Shown here: piece by piece, positions 1-8,924 of the stretch
How positions within the stretch are numbered: position 1 is the stretch's first letter
Layout of the letters: every line of letters starts with the position of its first letter
IMG/VR virus record: IMGVR_UViG_3300002060_000001
Span: 1 to 64,000 of that record
DNA length: 64,000 nt
Direction: 5' to 3' (one strand)
Source: a virus
Position numbers and translations under genes: made by a program
The notes under the pieces: model-generated
Database searches by the model: none
What the model was told of the DNA's origin: nothing
The model's input: only the letters and a program-made list of their open reading frames with translations

Positions 1-376
1 CCTTACCGTGATTTCGCTTTGCCAGATCAGCGGAATATGAGGACGTGATATACTGCAGATGATCGTCACCGCGAGGCCCCCATTCCCAGAGCGGCCAGAA
101 TGTCCCGCACATCATAGATTTCATCATTCCGGGCGGGACGTTGATCAGTAGATTGTCTATGAGGTCATTCGACATAGCCTCAAGATGTTCAGCCATTGCA
201 TCAAGCGCCCATCCAGTGGCTAGGTCTATAGACGGCTCAAGCTGTTCCCAGAATATCTTGATGAAATCCATAAGGCTTTCAGCGCATAGGGACTTTTCAA
301 GCAGATATTCGAACCGCTTGGGGTTGTGAGACGCAAAATCAACAACGTCTTGAGGACTGGGAAGTTCAAACGTCAA
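1..376 (-). CDS. terL: Terminase large subunit, N-terminal part (runs off the left edge)
   Basis: Hand translation of the minus strand from TTG (376-374) gives ...FIKIFWEQLEPSIDLATGWALDAMAEHLEAMSNDLIDNLLINVPPGMMKSMMCGTFWPLWEWG... This is the typical TerL N-terminal/P-loop region. It begins 2 nt after the terS stop. Confidence 0.7.
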   Translation of the reverse strand, partial: MTFELPSPQDVVDFASHNPKRFEYLLEKSLCAESLMDFIKIFWEQLEPSIDLATGWALDAMAEHLEAMSNDLIDNLLINVPPGMMKSMMCGTFWPLWEWGPRGDDHLQYITSSYSADLAKRNHGK

Positions 377-378
377 CG

Positions 379-1017
379 CTATTCCGGCTTATCGGGAAGG
401 CCCGCCTTACGATCATCAACCGCCTTGTTTTCTTCATCCCTGATCTTTCTCATCATTTCAAGATGCTCGCGCTTTTCCTTAGCGCTCATGCTTTCAACAT
501 CAAGGTCAGTGACTTCCTCAACTTTTTGCTCAACTTTCTTTTCGATATGCTGACGACGCTTATATTTTACGGGGTCAAGATTAGTGAGCGCGAACTGAAT
601 ACTGGACGAGTTGCCCTTACCCCCCAGAGCCGTTTTAAGGTTAGCTTTTTCATAGACTTGTTTCAGTCTTGAGCGATGTGCATGCGCTACCCGTAAAAAG
701 GGGGGAAATTCATCAAGCCACTTTTCACCAGTCGACTCGCTAATACCGAGCGCATCACATAGAGCCGCGAACGTCCAGACCGTCCCTTTCTTGATGCCAT
801 TGATACCGCTATCCGCGTCAGTGATTAAGTCCCAAGCCCTCTGAACAATAGCCGGATGGTACTTGTTTGGGCGTCCGCCTGTCGGTCCAGGGATGCCCCC
901 GTTCTCAAGTAGGTTCTTAGCCGCCTTGGCATATTTGGGGTCTTTCATAATATCATAGGCGGGCGGTTTACCCTTAGCCTTACGCTTTTTAGCCTGTGCA
1001 TCACGGTCTATTGTCAC
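379..1017 (-). CDS. terS: Terminase small subunit
   Basis: 212-aa ORF. GGRPNKYHPAIVQRAWDLI...FAALCDALGISESTGEKWL (HTH) is followed by a basic/coiled C-terminus, the classic TerS layout. It lies directly upstream of terL. Confidence 0.7.
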   Translation of the reverse strand: MTIDRDAQAKKRKAKGKPPAYDIMKDPKYAKAAKNLLENGGIPGPTGGRPNKYHPAIVQRAWDLITDADSGINGIKKGTVWTFAALCDALGISESTGEKWLDEFPPFLRVAHAHRSRLKQVYEKANLKTALGGKGNSSSIQFALTNLDPVKYKRRQHIEKKVEQKVEEVTDLDVESMSAKEKREHLEMMRKIRDEENKAVDDRKAGLPDKPE

Positions 1018-1044
1018 TGGGATCTCCTGTTATTCAGGATTTGC

Positions 1045-1275
1045 CTATCGTATTTTTTTGTTGAACGCAATCTCACGCCACCGCTCAATAGCCCCCTCCC
1101 TATAGGGGTCGGGCTCATTCTCGCGTGAGTTCTTATCAATGGGGCCGAATACCGGAACGAGTCTATCGTCCGCCGAGGGGCGTAACCCTAGCCATAATCT
1201 ATCAGATGTATCGTAGCCTAATGCGTAACTGCGCCCCAGTACCGTCACACCCCCGATATACCACCTAATTTTCAT
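1045..1275 (-). CDS. Hypothetical protein (76 aa)
   Basis: Uses the internal ATG at 1275 of the track ORF 1045-1395 (MKIRWYIGG...). The longer form would overlap the upstream gene. No family recognised. Confidence 0.4.
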   Translation of the reverse strand: MKIRWYIGGVTVLGRSYALGYDTSDRLWLGLRPSADDRLVPVFGPIDKNSRENEPDPYREGAIERWREIAFNKKIR

Positions 1276-1330
1276 CGCCGTCCTATTTATTAACAGAACC
1301 TTACGAAAAATAACCGCTGACGCAAGAGGT

Positions 1331-1585
1331 TTAAGGTATGTGATCCCACGGTCTGTTGTTTTCCTGAACCGTAATAGGGCCCAGACCCGCGTCACGCGCT
1401 ATAGCGTCTATCAGGAACCGCCCCCATAGCCTGTTGAGCAGATGAGGGTTCCGGCCACTCTTTTCAAACATCTTGATTGTTTTTGTGTACCGGGCGGGCG
1501 CGTTACGCCAATGCCACCGACAGACATAATCGTCCTTTGCCTTATCGGAACGGTCAGGACAGCCCAGAACCAGACATCTAGGCAT
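1331..1585 (-). CDS. Hypothetical small Cys/His-rich protein
   Basis: 84-aa ORF. The N-terminus CLVLGCPDRSDKAKDDYVCRWHW suggests Zn binding. It overlaps the upstream gene by 8 nt. Confidence 0.45.
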   Translation of the reverse strand: MPRCLVLGCPDRSDKAKDDYVCRWHWRNAPARYTKTIKMFEKSGRNPHLLNRLWGRFLIDAIARDAGLGPITVQENNRPWDHIP

Positions 1586-1943
1586 CTAGGCTTTCACGCC
1601 TCTTGATTGATTCCTGAACCTCATCCGCCTCAAGGGGCGTAAACTGAACCATTACCATGACCCAAATTATATTGTTCTCTTGAGGCATCTCCTTGACCTT
1701 GCCCTTCGTGGCCTGAAACTGAACCCCGTCCCTGATATGATTTAACAGGCTCGGCTCATCGACAAACCCACATGGCTTTAGCGTGAACGTACTGACCTCT
1801 ATAGATTTGAGTCCGTCATCCTGATATACCAAAGCCGCGCCCTCTGGCTCTTTCTCAATATTATCAAGATAGCGCCTCATAACCCGCAGGCTATCGGTCT
1901 TAGACACCAGTTCACAGACATATGTCGGTATCTTAGCCGTCAT
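1578..1943 (-). CDS. Hypothetical protein (121 aa)
   Basis: Internal ATG at 1943 (MTAKIPTYVCEL...) of track ORF 1578-2072. It overlaps the upstream gene end by 11 nt. Confidence 0.45.
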   Translation of the reverse strand: MTAKIPTYVCELVSKTDSLRVMRRYLDNIEKEPEGAALVYQDDGLKSIEVSTFTLKPCGFVDEPSLLNHIRDGVQFQATKGKVKEMPQENNIIWVMVMVQFTPLEADEVQESIKRRESLDA

Positions 1944-2478
1944 TGCGCTTTTTTCTTTCCTGCATGAAATCAACAACGCTTGAGGGCTTATCGCGCGGAT
2001 CAATCCCCAGTTTTTTATAAAGCTGTTCAATGTCAGCCGTCGTAGTGTGTTTTTTAAGGCTCTGACCGACACCGAAAAACATCTTATCCCAGACGCGACG
2101 CCAGTCAGTATCGGGAGACAGGCGTCCCGCGTGTATCAGGGATATAATTTTCTCAACCACATCATGGGCCATTTGGTCATTATCAGCCTTGAACTGATAA
2201 CCGTGATTAGCGGGCCGGAGCGTTTTGATGTCTTTAAATTTGTTTCCAGGCTTGAAAGGATGATCAGGGTCTAGGGCATAAACCATGAGTTCATGCGTTG
2301 CGCCCTCAAATTTAAAATCAGTTTTCATCCCGTGAATGGGTGTCGTGAGGTCATAGAGCCAGAACGTATATTGTGACCATAGAGGGTGAGCCCAAGCGGC
2401 TGTTATGACCCATGTGGCCTGATAGGCTTTATTCAGACGCGGCCCCTCAACATTCTTAAAGACAGTTTCGGTCAACAT
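1933..2478 (-). CDS. Hypothetical protein (181 aa)
   Basis: ATG at 2478 (MLTETVFKNVEG...) sits 1 nt after the stop of the upstream gene (TAAGATG). No family recognised. Confidence 0.5.
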   Translation of the reverse strand: MLTETVFKNVEGPRLNKAYQATWVITAAWAHPLWSQYTFWLYDLTTPIHGMKTDFKFEGATHELMVYALDPDHPFKPGNKFKDIKTLRPANHGYQFKADNDQMAHDVVEKIISLIHAGRLSPDTDWRRVWDKMFFGVGQSLKKHTTTADIEQLYKKLGIDPRDKPSSVVDFMQERKKRNDG

Positions 2479-2479
2479 C

Positions 2480-2755
2480 TTATTTCCTTTCAAGACACGC
2501 GGAACAAATCCAGTAAGGCGCGCCGTCATCCAGATGCTTTTCATCGGGGCCGGGGGCGGGTGATGTTCTTTCCATATAAACCCAGTCATGCGGACACTGT
2601 AACTGCAGGGCGGCTTTCATAATCGCGGGACGGCGGGCCTCCGCAACCATCTCATCAATAGACATTCCATCGGGATTTGTCCTGATTTCCTCATTCTCAA
2701 GGTCTATGCGCTTGTCCCTGATATAACCCAGAGGCATTTTGTTGCCGCTATCCAT
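2480..2755 (-). CDS. Hypothetical protein, possible Zn ribbon
   Basis: 91-aa ORF with CPHD...CSAC cysteine pairs. Same strand as, and tightly packed with, its neighbours. Confidence 0.45.
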   Translation of the reverse strand: MDSGNKMPLGYIRDKRIDLENEEIRTNPDGMSIDEMVAEARRPAIMKAALQLQCPHDWVYMERTSPAPGPDEKHLDDGAPYWICSACLERK

Positions 2756-2885
2756 TGTTCGTCACCCATTTAAAAATAAAATATATTGCGACGCACCATA
2801 TCAAGACTGCCACCGGAATAGCAATTTTGAGTGTTTTCCGAAGTCCCGCGCTTATCTGCGGACGATGATTGTCATTAGCCGACAC
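2748..2885 (-). CDS. Possible 45-aa single-pass membrane peptide
   Basis: Too short for the ORF track. A GTG start 2 nt after the dnaN stop gives VSANDNHRPQISAGLRKTLKIAIPVAVLIWCVAIYFIFKWVTNNG. Its stop overlaps the next ATG. Confidence 0.25.
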   Translation of the reverse strand: MSANDNHRPQISAGLRKTLKIAIPVAVLIWCVAIYFIFKWVTNNG

Positions 2886-2887
2886 CC

Positions 2888-4033
2888 CTAGACCCTCAAC
2901 GGCATGATGACAAAAAGACAGTCCTGATCCTCCTGATCAAGCAACAGGACGGGTGACGCGGGTCCGCTAAAGAACATTTCGGCGTCACGGCTTCCGATAA
3001 GCCCCAGAGCCTCTATCATATATTTTGAGTTCAGGCCTATATCGGTATTCTCACCCCCGAATGATGCCGAGACAACTTCATTCGCCTCACCTGTCTCGGA
3101 TGACCGGACATCTAGGCGAATTTCATCACTCGTGAGGGATAGCTTGATAGAGCGGGCCTTCTCTTTCGTTACCGTCGACACACGATCGATGGCGTCAGAC
3201 AAAATAGGACAATCAACCACTAGACGAGCATTTGAACGCGGGGGGATAACCCGCTCATAGTCAGGGAAAAACCCGTCAATGATTTTAGATGTCAGGGCGG
3301 CACTATGATGCTCAACACAAATCTTAGATTCCGTCACGGACATTTTGACCTGATCAGTGTCAGGGGACGAGTCAATCAAGCGCCTGATTTCCGCCGCCGC
3401 CTTACGGGGAATGATGACCCCCTCCATCCCGTCAGCGCCGTCAGGCAATGACATTGAGGCCTTTGCTAATCTGTGGCCGTCAGTTGCGACACACGTCAGT
3501 TGATCCTCTGTCTGGTGAAAATATATCCCATTCAGATAATAGCGCGTTTCCTCTGTTGAGATTGCGAACCGTGTTTTATCAATGAGGCGTTTCAGATCTC
3601 CCACCGTGAGGGTGAAATCATGCGCCTCACCCGTGTTCGTCATCTTTGGAAAATCGGCCGGCGGCAAGAGCGGTAGTTCAAAATTTGACCGCCCCGCGTT
3701 AATCTTAAGCCTAGCGCCATAAAAATCGCCGTCCTTTGGATTGTTTACCTCAACGCTGATAAGCGCCCCGTTAGGGAGTTTCCGGACAACATCATAGAGC
3801 GTCCGAGCCGGAACCGTGAATGACTTTTCATCCCCCTTGACCTCGATAGACTGAACCTCAAAAGTTTCCGTGATTTCAATATCAAGGTCAGTGGCAGTCA
3901 TAATCATGCTGTTGTCATCCCGCGCCTCAATCAAGACATTGCTCAAAATCGGAATAGTGTTGCGCTTTTCGACAACGCTCTGGGCTAGCTTCAGGGTGTC
4001 CATGAGGACTTTCTTTTCAACTTCGATTTTCAT
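2888..4033 (-). CDS. dnaN: DNA polymerase III beta sliding clamp (bacterial DnaN type)
   Basis: 381 aa, full-length DnaN-like. Diagnostic stretches: VVEKRNTIPILSNVLIEA...MTATDLDIEI...FPKM...RFAISTEETRYYLNGIYF...VATDGHRLA...IDGFFPDYERVIP...PVLL...FVIMPLRV. Confidence 0.95.
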   Translation of the reverse strand: MKIEVEKKVLMDTLKLAQSVVEKRNTIPILSNVLIEARDDNSMIMTATDLDIEITETFEVQSIEVKGDEKSFTVPARTLYDVVRKLPNGALISVEVNNPKDGDFYGARLKINAGRSNFELPLLPPADFPKMTNTGEAHDFTLTVGDLKRLIDKTRFAISTEETRYYLNGIYFHQTEDQLTCVATDGHRLAKASMSLPDGADGMEGVIIPRKAAAEIRRLIDSSPDTDQVKMSVTESKICVEHHSAALTSKIIDGFFPDYERVIPPRSNARLVVDCPILSDAIDRVSTVTKEKARSIKLSLTSDEIRLDVRSSETGEANEVVSASFGGENTDIGLNSKYMIEALGLIGSRDAEMFFSGPASPVLLLDQEDQDCLFVIMPLRV

Positions 4034-4175
4034 TATTCGCTTCCTTGAACGTATTGCGGAACGGGCCGCGGTGATAAAAACTTTTTTACAAACTTATAGT
4101 TACTGCGTGACAGAACAAGAGGGCGGCGCGGGTCTGCCTCCATTTGGGCTATAAGGTTATCTTTAGCGCGAGACA

Positions 4176-4856
4176 TCATAGAAACATATCCGGCTGTTCA
4201 TAGGCCTCCGATACACGCTGACACGCTATATCAAAGAACTTAGGGTCAATCTCAATGCCAGTCGCGGCCCTATTCATCTTTGTGGCCGCGACAAGCGTTG
4301 TTCCGGAACCCATATAGGGGTCAAGAATTGTGTCCTCTTTATCAAGATAGGATAGACACCACTGCATGACGGCTATCGGCTTTTGTGTCGGATGAACGGG
4401 CTTTTCGTTCTGTTCACTGTCCCGCACCATACCGTACCACCGATGATTTAAGCCCCTTATGGCTTTATCAAGATTTGTCCAGGCTAACTCGGCATGACCC
4501 TGATCCATTCGGGTGTTACCGTCAGCCTTAAACCAAACAAACCATGAGCGTGAGTTCGGAAGCTTATCCGCGTAACAGTTACCGCCCCACCAGATATGTT
4601 TATCGGCAAGCGGCAGGAATGGGCGCGGGTCAAAGTCCATATCTCCCGTGTCACCTATCAGTTGATCCTCTGGGCCAAAGTTCCGCTCCCTGACGGCGCT
4701 ATTCTTAGAGCCATGACGGGACGGCTTATAACCATAGCCATACGGTGGGTCCGCCACGATAGCCGTATGACGCGGAAAGTAAGGGTTTTTCACTATCTCA
4801 ACGCTGTCACCCAGAATAAGGCGGGACTTACCTATGATTTCCTCACGGATGATCAT
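4176..4856 (-). CDS. Beta-class N6-adenine/N4-cytosine DNA methyltransferase (CcrM-type fold)
   Basis: Motif IV DPPYG lies near the N-terminus and motif I DPYMGSGTT near the C-terminus. HPTQKPIAVMQWCL is also present. 226 aa. Confidence 0.9.
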   Translation of the reverse strand: MIIREEIIGKSRLILGDSVEIVKNPYFPRHTAIVADPPYGYGYKPSRHGSKNSAVRERNFGPEDQLIGDTGDMDFDPRPFLPLADKHIWWGGNCYADKLPNSRSWFVWFKADGNTRMDQGHAELAWTNLDKAIRGLNHRWYGMVRDSEQNEKPVHPTQKPIAVMQWCLSYLDKEDTILDPYMGSGTTLVAATKMNRAATGIEIDPKFFDIACQRVSEAYEQPDMFL

Positions 4857-5146
4857 GCAAACATATCCGGCGTGTCGGGACAGCGCGGAGCCGCGTCGTC
4901 ATCCGAGTCCTCATGGACAAAAGCCGTGCAAGTTGGTTTCCCGTCTGCGTTATACCGCCATTCCTCTGGATAATCCTCATGCTCAATGCTCTGTAACATC
5001 ATTGTCAGGCCCAGAATGGGACACGGTTCAGCGTCGTCGTCCTGAAAGTCCATTTTCTTACACTTTTCACAGAAAGCGGCCATAAAGATATCGCCTTCCG
5101 TGCCGCTTGACGGCTGATATTTTTTAATCTCATCCATTTTTATCAT
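4853..5146 (-). CDS. Hypothetical acidic Cys-containing protein
   Basis: Start chosen at MIKMDEIKK. The long track form overlaps the upstream gene. Cys pairs CEKC...C...C and an acidic tail. Confidence 0.45.
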   Translation of the reverse strand: MIKMDEIKKYQPSSGTEGDIFMAAFCEKCKKMDFQDDDAEPCPILGLTMMLQSIEHEDYPEEWRYNADGKPTCTAFVHEDSDDDAAPRCPDTPDMFA

Positions 5147-5498
5147 CCAGTTTAGGGTAAAGGTCTCCGCCGACAGGGCCGCGCATAGGCGGTACAGGCG
5201 GAATAGGCGGCGGCTTATCACCTATAAAGCGCAAGCAGACAGAATATTTAGACATCCTTTCTAACTGTTCCCCGCATTGCTTTACCCAGTGCTGATCCGC
5301 GCTTTCTTTGGCTGACGCGACGCAAGTCCTGAACATACGCTCACGGGCAAAGTGATCAATTTCCGTCCTGCATTTGGGTTCCTTAGATGGAAATTGAGGC
5401 GGGCCGCTGATTATAACTGCGGTTGTGGGAATAGCGACAAGGACAGCCCCCACGAATAGCGTCCATTTAAAAACGCGCTTTTTATCAGATGCGTCCAT
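5130..5498 (-). CDS. Hypothetical membrane-anchored protein
   Basis: From ATG at 5498 (MDASDKKRVFKWTLFVGAVLVAIPTTAVII...). One N-terminal TM helix and a Pro-rich C-terminus. Confidence 0.5.
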   Translation of the reverse strand: MDASDKKRVFKWTLFVGAVLVAIPTTAVIISGPPQFPSKEPKCRTEIDHFARERMFRTCVASAKESADQHWVKQCGEQLERMSKYSVCLRFIGDKPPPIPPVPPMRGPVGGDLYPKLDDKNG

Positions 5499-5527
5499 TC
5501 TTTTTCCTTTTGATAGATAGTGAGGCC

Positions 5528-5860
5528 TCACTGCGCGGCCCTTAATATAGTCAGGGCTTTATCCGCTCCGATGAGATTTATCAGGATGTTTAAGTCACGG
5601 TCACGAACCGACATAAGATACATTTCAGTCGGATAAACAGAGCGCGCCCTGTTAGGATTAACACGGATGCAACCCCGCTCTGATAGGGACATAACCAGTC
5701 GGTGAATACCTGACTTTGATGCTAAATTCATAGCATCCCGCATTTCATCATAGCTAGGGCTAAACCTATTCTCGGTGATGAACTTAACTATAAAATCCAT
5801 TAACTCAACTTGATGGGGTGTCATGCCCAGAAGCGGTTGATTTGACATAGCGCCTAACAT
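5528..5860 (-). CDS. LexA-type winged-helix DNA-binding protein lacking the S24 peptidase domain
   Basis: LTPHQVELMDFIVKFITENRFSPSYDEMRDAMNLASKSGIHRLVMSLSERGCIR matches the LexA N-terminal DNA-binding domain pattern. At only 110 aa there is no room for the Ser/Lys autocleavage domain. Confidence 0.6.
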   Translation of the reverse strand: MLGAMSNQPLLGMTPHQVELMDFIVKFITENRFSPSYDEMRDAMNLASKSGIHRLVMSLSERGCIRVNPNRARSVYPTEMYLMSVRDRDLNILINLIGADKALTILRAAQ

Positions 5861-6204
5861 TTGAGGCTATCCGACATCAAGCGAGTCTGCGAGACGTTCA
5901 GGTTATCAAAATAATCGGGATGCCACTGCGCTACCTCACCGACGCGCGTGTTCATCAAATCACTCGCCATGATGACGCCGTGCATAGCCCAACATAACTG
6001 AACATAATAGTGATGAATTGCCGCCTCAAGACGGATGGGTGGGGAGGCCTTGAGGCGGCGAGATAGCGGATTCCTCTGGGACGCAATCCGCTGATCTAAC
6101 TGTTTTTTAAACTCTTTAAAATCTTCCTGACGCCCAGTAAAACCAACGCCTTTGAACTTTTTGAGTGCGTTGATGTCGTCGCCATATGTGTTTGGATTTA
6201 TCAT
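5854..6204 (-). CDS. Hypothetical protein (116 aa)
   Basis: Track ORF, with ATGA-type overlaps at both ends. Confidence 0.5.
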   Translation of the reverse strand: MINPNTYGDDINALKKFKGVGFTGRQEDFKEFKKQLDQRIASQRNPLSRRLKASPPIRLEAAIHHYYVQLCWAMHGVIMASDLMNTRVGEVAQWHPDYFDNLNVSQTRLMSDSLKC

Positions 6205-6353
6205 TTTGATTGCTGTCCCGCCCGATAAGCCGCTTCAAGGGCCGATTTAATGTTCCAGACAGAGACATCATGGAAATCAAGCGAGTCGCTATTGCGCGTC
6301 TCAAGTGTCTCAATATCAAGTTCCTCTTTGGCTATGTCATCTAAAATTTGCAT
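6201..6353 (-). CDS. Hypothetical 50-aa protein
   Basis: Too short for the ORF track. GGAGAT is followed 4 nt later by ATG (6353-6351). Product: MQILDDIAKEELDIETLETRNSDSLDFHDVSVWNIKSALEAAYRAGQQSK. Its stop overlaps the next ATG (ATGA). Confidence 0.6.
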   Translation of the reverse strand: MQILDDIAKEELDIETLETRNSDSLDFHDVSVWNIKSALEAAYRAGQQSK

Positions 6354-6449
6354 CTTGATCTCCTAATCGGTGGACTTCATCGTCCTAAGATAATCACCTT
6401 AAATCATATTCGTGAGCCGCAGTCCAGTGAAATAACAAAAAAATGTTAT
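6354..6449 (-). promoter_or_regulatory. Promoter/leader cassette, copy A
   Basis: Minus-strand read: ATAACATTTTTTTGTTAT-TTCA-CTGGACTGCGG-17 nt-TTTAAG-...-AGGACGATGAAGTCCACC-GATTA-GGAGAT-CAAG-ATG. The same architecture occurs at 18625 and 52367. Confidence 0.6.
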
Positions 6450-6997
6450 TTTAATTTCTTGAGTTCATCAAATGGGCCTTCTTTCGCCCTCTGTGGCGTC
6501 TTTGGGAACCGCCTCTTATGCCATTCTCTGATCTGTCCATAGTTGACTTTACGGCTTATTGCCGCCGCATGACGGCATTGACCCGCGTCAAACATCCCTA
6601 TGTGGCATTCGTCTTTTGTCAGTTTCAGTTGATAGGCCAGAAAGTCATAACAGCGATGACGGGCCGATTGAGTGATAGTCCTGACCGCCAGATTGTCCCT
6701 AACACTTCCGGCATACGCGGGATCAAAAACGGCTTTTTTCCAGAGCGGATCAAAAGCACTATGGGCTATCTGACGCTCTTTCCGTAAAGCGGCATTCGCG
6801 GGACGGCCAAGCGGGCGGCCATTAGATTTATGGCTCCCGACATAGGCCTCACAGTTGTTACAATACCAATAAATCCCATCCTGCAGATCAGCCCGGTGCG
6901 GATATATAACCCGCCCCGTGACCTTACGGGCCTTCTGCGGGCAATGCATACAGATGGGCGCCTGAATGGGTTTCTTTTTGGTCTTTCTCTTAGTCAC
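6446..6997 (-). CDS. Zn-ribbon protein (DUF3268-like pattern)
   Basis: CMHCPQKA...IYPHRADL...YWYCNNCEAYVGSHK...PLGRPANAALRKERQIAHSAFDPLW...ECHIGMFD. I recognise this as the DUF3268-type phage Zn-ribbon family, from memory only. Confidence 0.5.
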   Translation of the reverse strand: MTKRKTKKKPIQAPICMHCPQKARKVTGRVIYPHRADLQDGIYWYCNNCEAYVGSHKSNGRPLGRPANAALRKERQIAHSAFDPLWKKAVFDPAYAGSVRDNLAVRTITQSARHRCYDFLAYQLKLTKDECHIGMFDAGQCRHAAAISRKVNYGQIREWHKRRFPKTPQRAKEGPFDELKKLK

Positions 6998-8111
6998 TCT
7001 TGAGGCTCAAAATTCTATCATATTGAGCCGCGGACTTGTCGGCTAGGAAATTCAATTCCTCACCATAGAGCGCGTCAAAGGCTTTCATTGAGATATTGCG
7101 TTTCCGATAGTCCTCAATGAGTGCGTCCGTGAACTCAACCCATTCCTTATCCGTCATATCGTCAGGATTTTGCGGGAACAGAACCTTATCATTTTTAGAT
7201 TTAGGCTCGTCTTTCGGGGCATCATCAAGAGGCTTACGACCTGTCTTTTTCTCACTGACGGGCTTATCGGCATCTTGGTCCGCCGCATTATCGGGCCTCT
7301 CATCAACCTTTTTTTCAGGCTCACGGCGTTCAGCCCGCCCGTCAATGACATTTCCGGCTGACCCCGCCGCCTTATCCGCCATATGCTGATTTAAGCGGTC
7401 GGCGGGCGTCTGGGCTTGTGTCGCGCTGAAATCGTACATCGTATCGTCACGACTAAAGACGTTCTGAACCTCACTGGATAGCGGGGCAAGTTTTGATGCG
7501 CGGCGGAGCGCCGTCTTGCGCCACATTTCACCCTCATGGGCCTTATTGAACCAAGGGCCGGAACGGGCTTTGACGGCGCTTTTAATGGCTAGGATTTCAT
7601 CCTTACCCATAACATCAAAATATTCACCGCCGTCTGTCGTTTTGACAAGCGCCCACGCACCTATCTTGTCACCGCGATTTTCAAGCGCCTGTTTATGGTG
7701 CAGATAAGTTTCTGTCCCGCGCTGAAAATCAAAATCATCATTCTTACAGATCAATCCAGTCTGAACGTCCTTGACCTCACCAGAATTACGCATCCGCTTG
7801 AGCAGTCCGCCGTACATCGGAATGTAAGTCGCACGGCCCTTAAAGGCTATGATAGCCGCCTCACGCTTACCGTCAGGGAATAGGCCGTCCATAGCGCACT
7901 GACGGAATGCTATCAGAAGTGACTTTTTGCCGTCAGCAGTCTTAAGGCAATCCATCAAATAATTGTCTGACTTAATCGCCCCGTTCATGGTTCGCAGAAA
8001 GCGCTCTGGGTCAACGCTTTCTGGTAAAAAGTCCGCAAGTTGATCCGCCGCGCTCTGAACGACGGGATGAAGGCTTTGCATAACCTTAGTTGAAATTTCA
8101 TTCTTAGCCAT
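6990..8111 (-). CDS. recT: RecT-family single-strand annealing protein with a long C-terminal extension
   Basis: ...AIIAFKGRATYIPMYGGLLKRMRNSGEVKDV...GAWALVKTTDGGEYFDVMGKDEILAI...GPWFNKAHEGEMWRKTALRRASKLAPLS. This is followed by about 130 aa of K/D/E/P-rich tail plus an extra helical domain. Confidence 0.85.
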   Translation of the reverse strand: MAKNEISTKVMQSLHPVVQSAADQLADFLPESVDPERFLRTMNGAIKSDNYLMDCLKTADGKKSLLIAFRQCAMDGLFPDGKREAAIIAFKGRATYIPMYGGLLKRMRNSGEVKDVQTGLICKNDDFDFQRGTETYLHHKQALENRGDKIGAWALVKTTDGGEYFDVMGKDEILAIKSAVKARSGPWFNKAHEGEMWRKTALRRASKLAPLSSEVQNVFSRDDTMYDFSATQAQTPADRLNQHMADKAAGSAGNVIDGRAERREPEKKVDERPDNAADQDADKPVSEKKTGRKPLDDAPKDEPKSKNDKVLFPQNPDDMTDKEWVEFTDALIEDYRKRNISMKAFDALYGEELNFLADKSAAQYDRILSLKSD

Positions 8112-8120
8112 ATTCGCCTC

Positions 8121-8873
8121 CTAAGCGCGGTTGACGAGTTCTTGACTCGCGGTGTGCATGACATCCTCATCAAAGTCTTGATTGAGAACCCACTTGATAT
8201 AGCCGAGATCAACCTCTGACCACTTTTTCCCAAAGTGTTTGCCGAAAGAAACTTTAGGCAGAACGGCGGGCTTACTGCTGATCTCAAGCATTTTTGAAAC
8301 AGACATTCGGGTCAGCATATCCTTAAACAAGTGAGCCGTCAGGACGGCATCCGGTAAAGCCCGATGAAGCTGACTATTAGCAAAGAAAGCCGGCCAGTCC
8401 GTATCTGTTCCGCGATGTAGATTAAGCCAGTAAAATAGCGCCGCGTTCTTATGGCTCGGCGCGTCTGGGAATAACGCAAGCGCAACCCGATAGGTATCAA
8501 TCCACGGCCCGTCAGCCGCCGTCAGTCCCTTGACATATTTTTCATCAAAGCGGCTGTTATGCGCTACATAATACTGTGGCTCCAGACCCAGAGATTTAGA
8601 CACGTTTCTGACCCCCTCATCTGCAGGAGGCGCGTCCTCAAGCATTTCGGGTGTAATGTGATGGATAGCCATAACCTCTGGCGGCATCACGGGATTGACG
8701 GGCTTAATGAGTGTCGAACCCCCATCCATGACCTGTATATCCCCGCGCGCGGGAAGTTCACCGTCTGACATCATGGGGATGAGAACAGGGACGGCTCCGA
8801 ACTCAACAATCTCACTGTCATCGTCCATTCCGTTTGTTTCAGTATCAATGACAAGCGCTTTTAAATTTGACAT
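8121..8873 (-). CDS. DEDDh 3'-5' exonuclease, ExoX-like
   Basis: Exo I motif LVIDTETNG, Exo II HNSRFDEKY, Exo III H..RALPDA. The C-terminal FGKHFGKKWSEVDLGYIKWVL resembles the ExoX C-terminal motif. Confidence 0.8.
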   Translation of the reverse strand: MSNLKALVIDTETNGMDDDSEIVEFGAVPVLIPMMSDGELPARGDIQVMDGGSTLIKPVNPVMPPEVMAIHHITPEMLEDAPPADEGVRNVSKSLGLEPQYYVAHNSRFDEKYVKGLTAADGPWIDTYRVALALFPDAPSHKNAALFYWLNLHRGTDTDWPAFFANSQLHRALPDAVLTAHLFKDMLTRMSVSKMLEISSKPAVLPKVSFGKHFGKKWSEVDLGYIKWVLNQDFDEDVMHTASQELVNRA

Positions 8874-8924
8874 TTTGCTCTCCTAAAAGATTGCCCCGTC
8901 GGGTCATCCGACGAGGCATTATTG

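Noticed and set aside
4034-4175. AT-rich segment GTGATAAAAACTTTTTTACAAAC upstream of dnaN as another member of the palindrome family.
   Set aside because: The half-sites and spacing differ from ATAACA-W6-TGTTAT, and there is only superficial A/T-run similarity.
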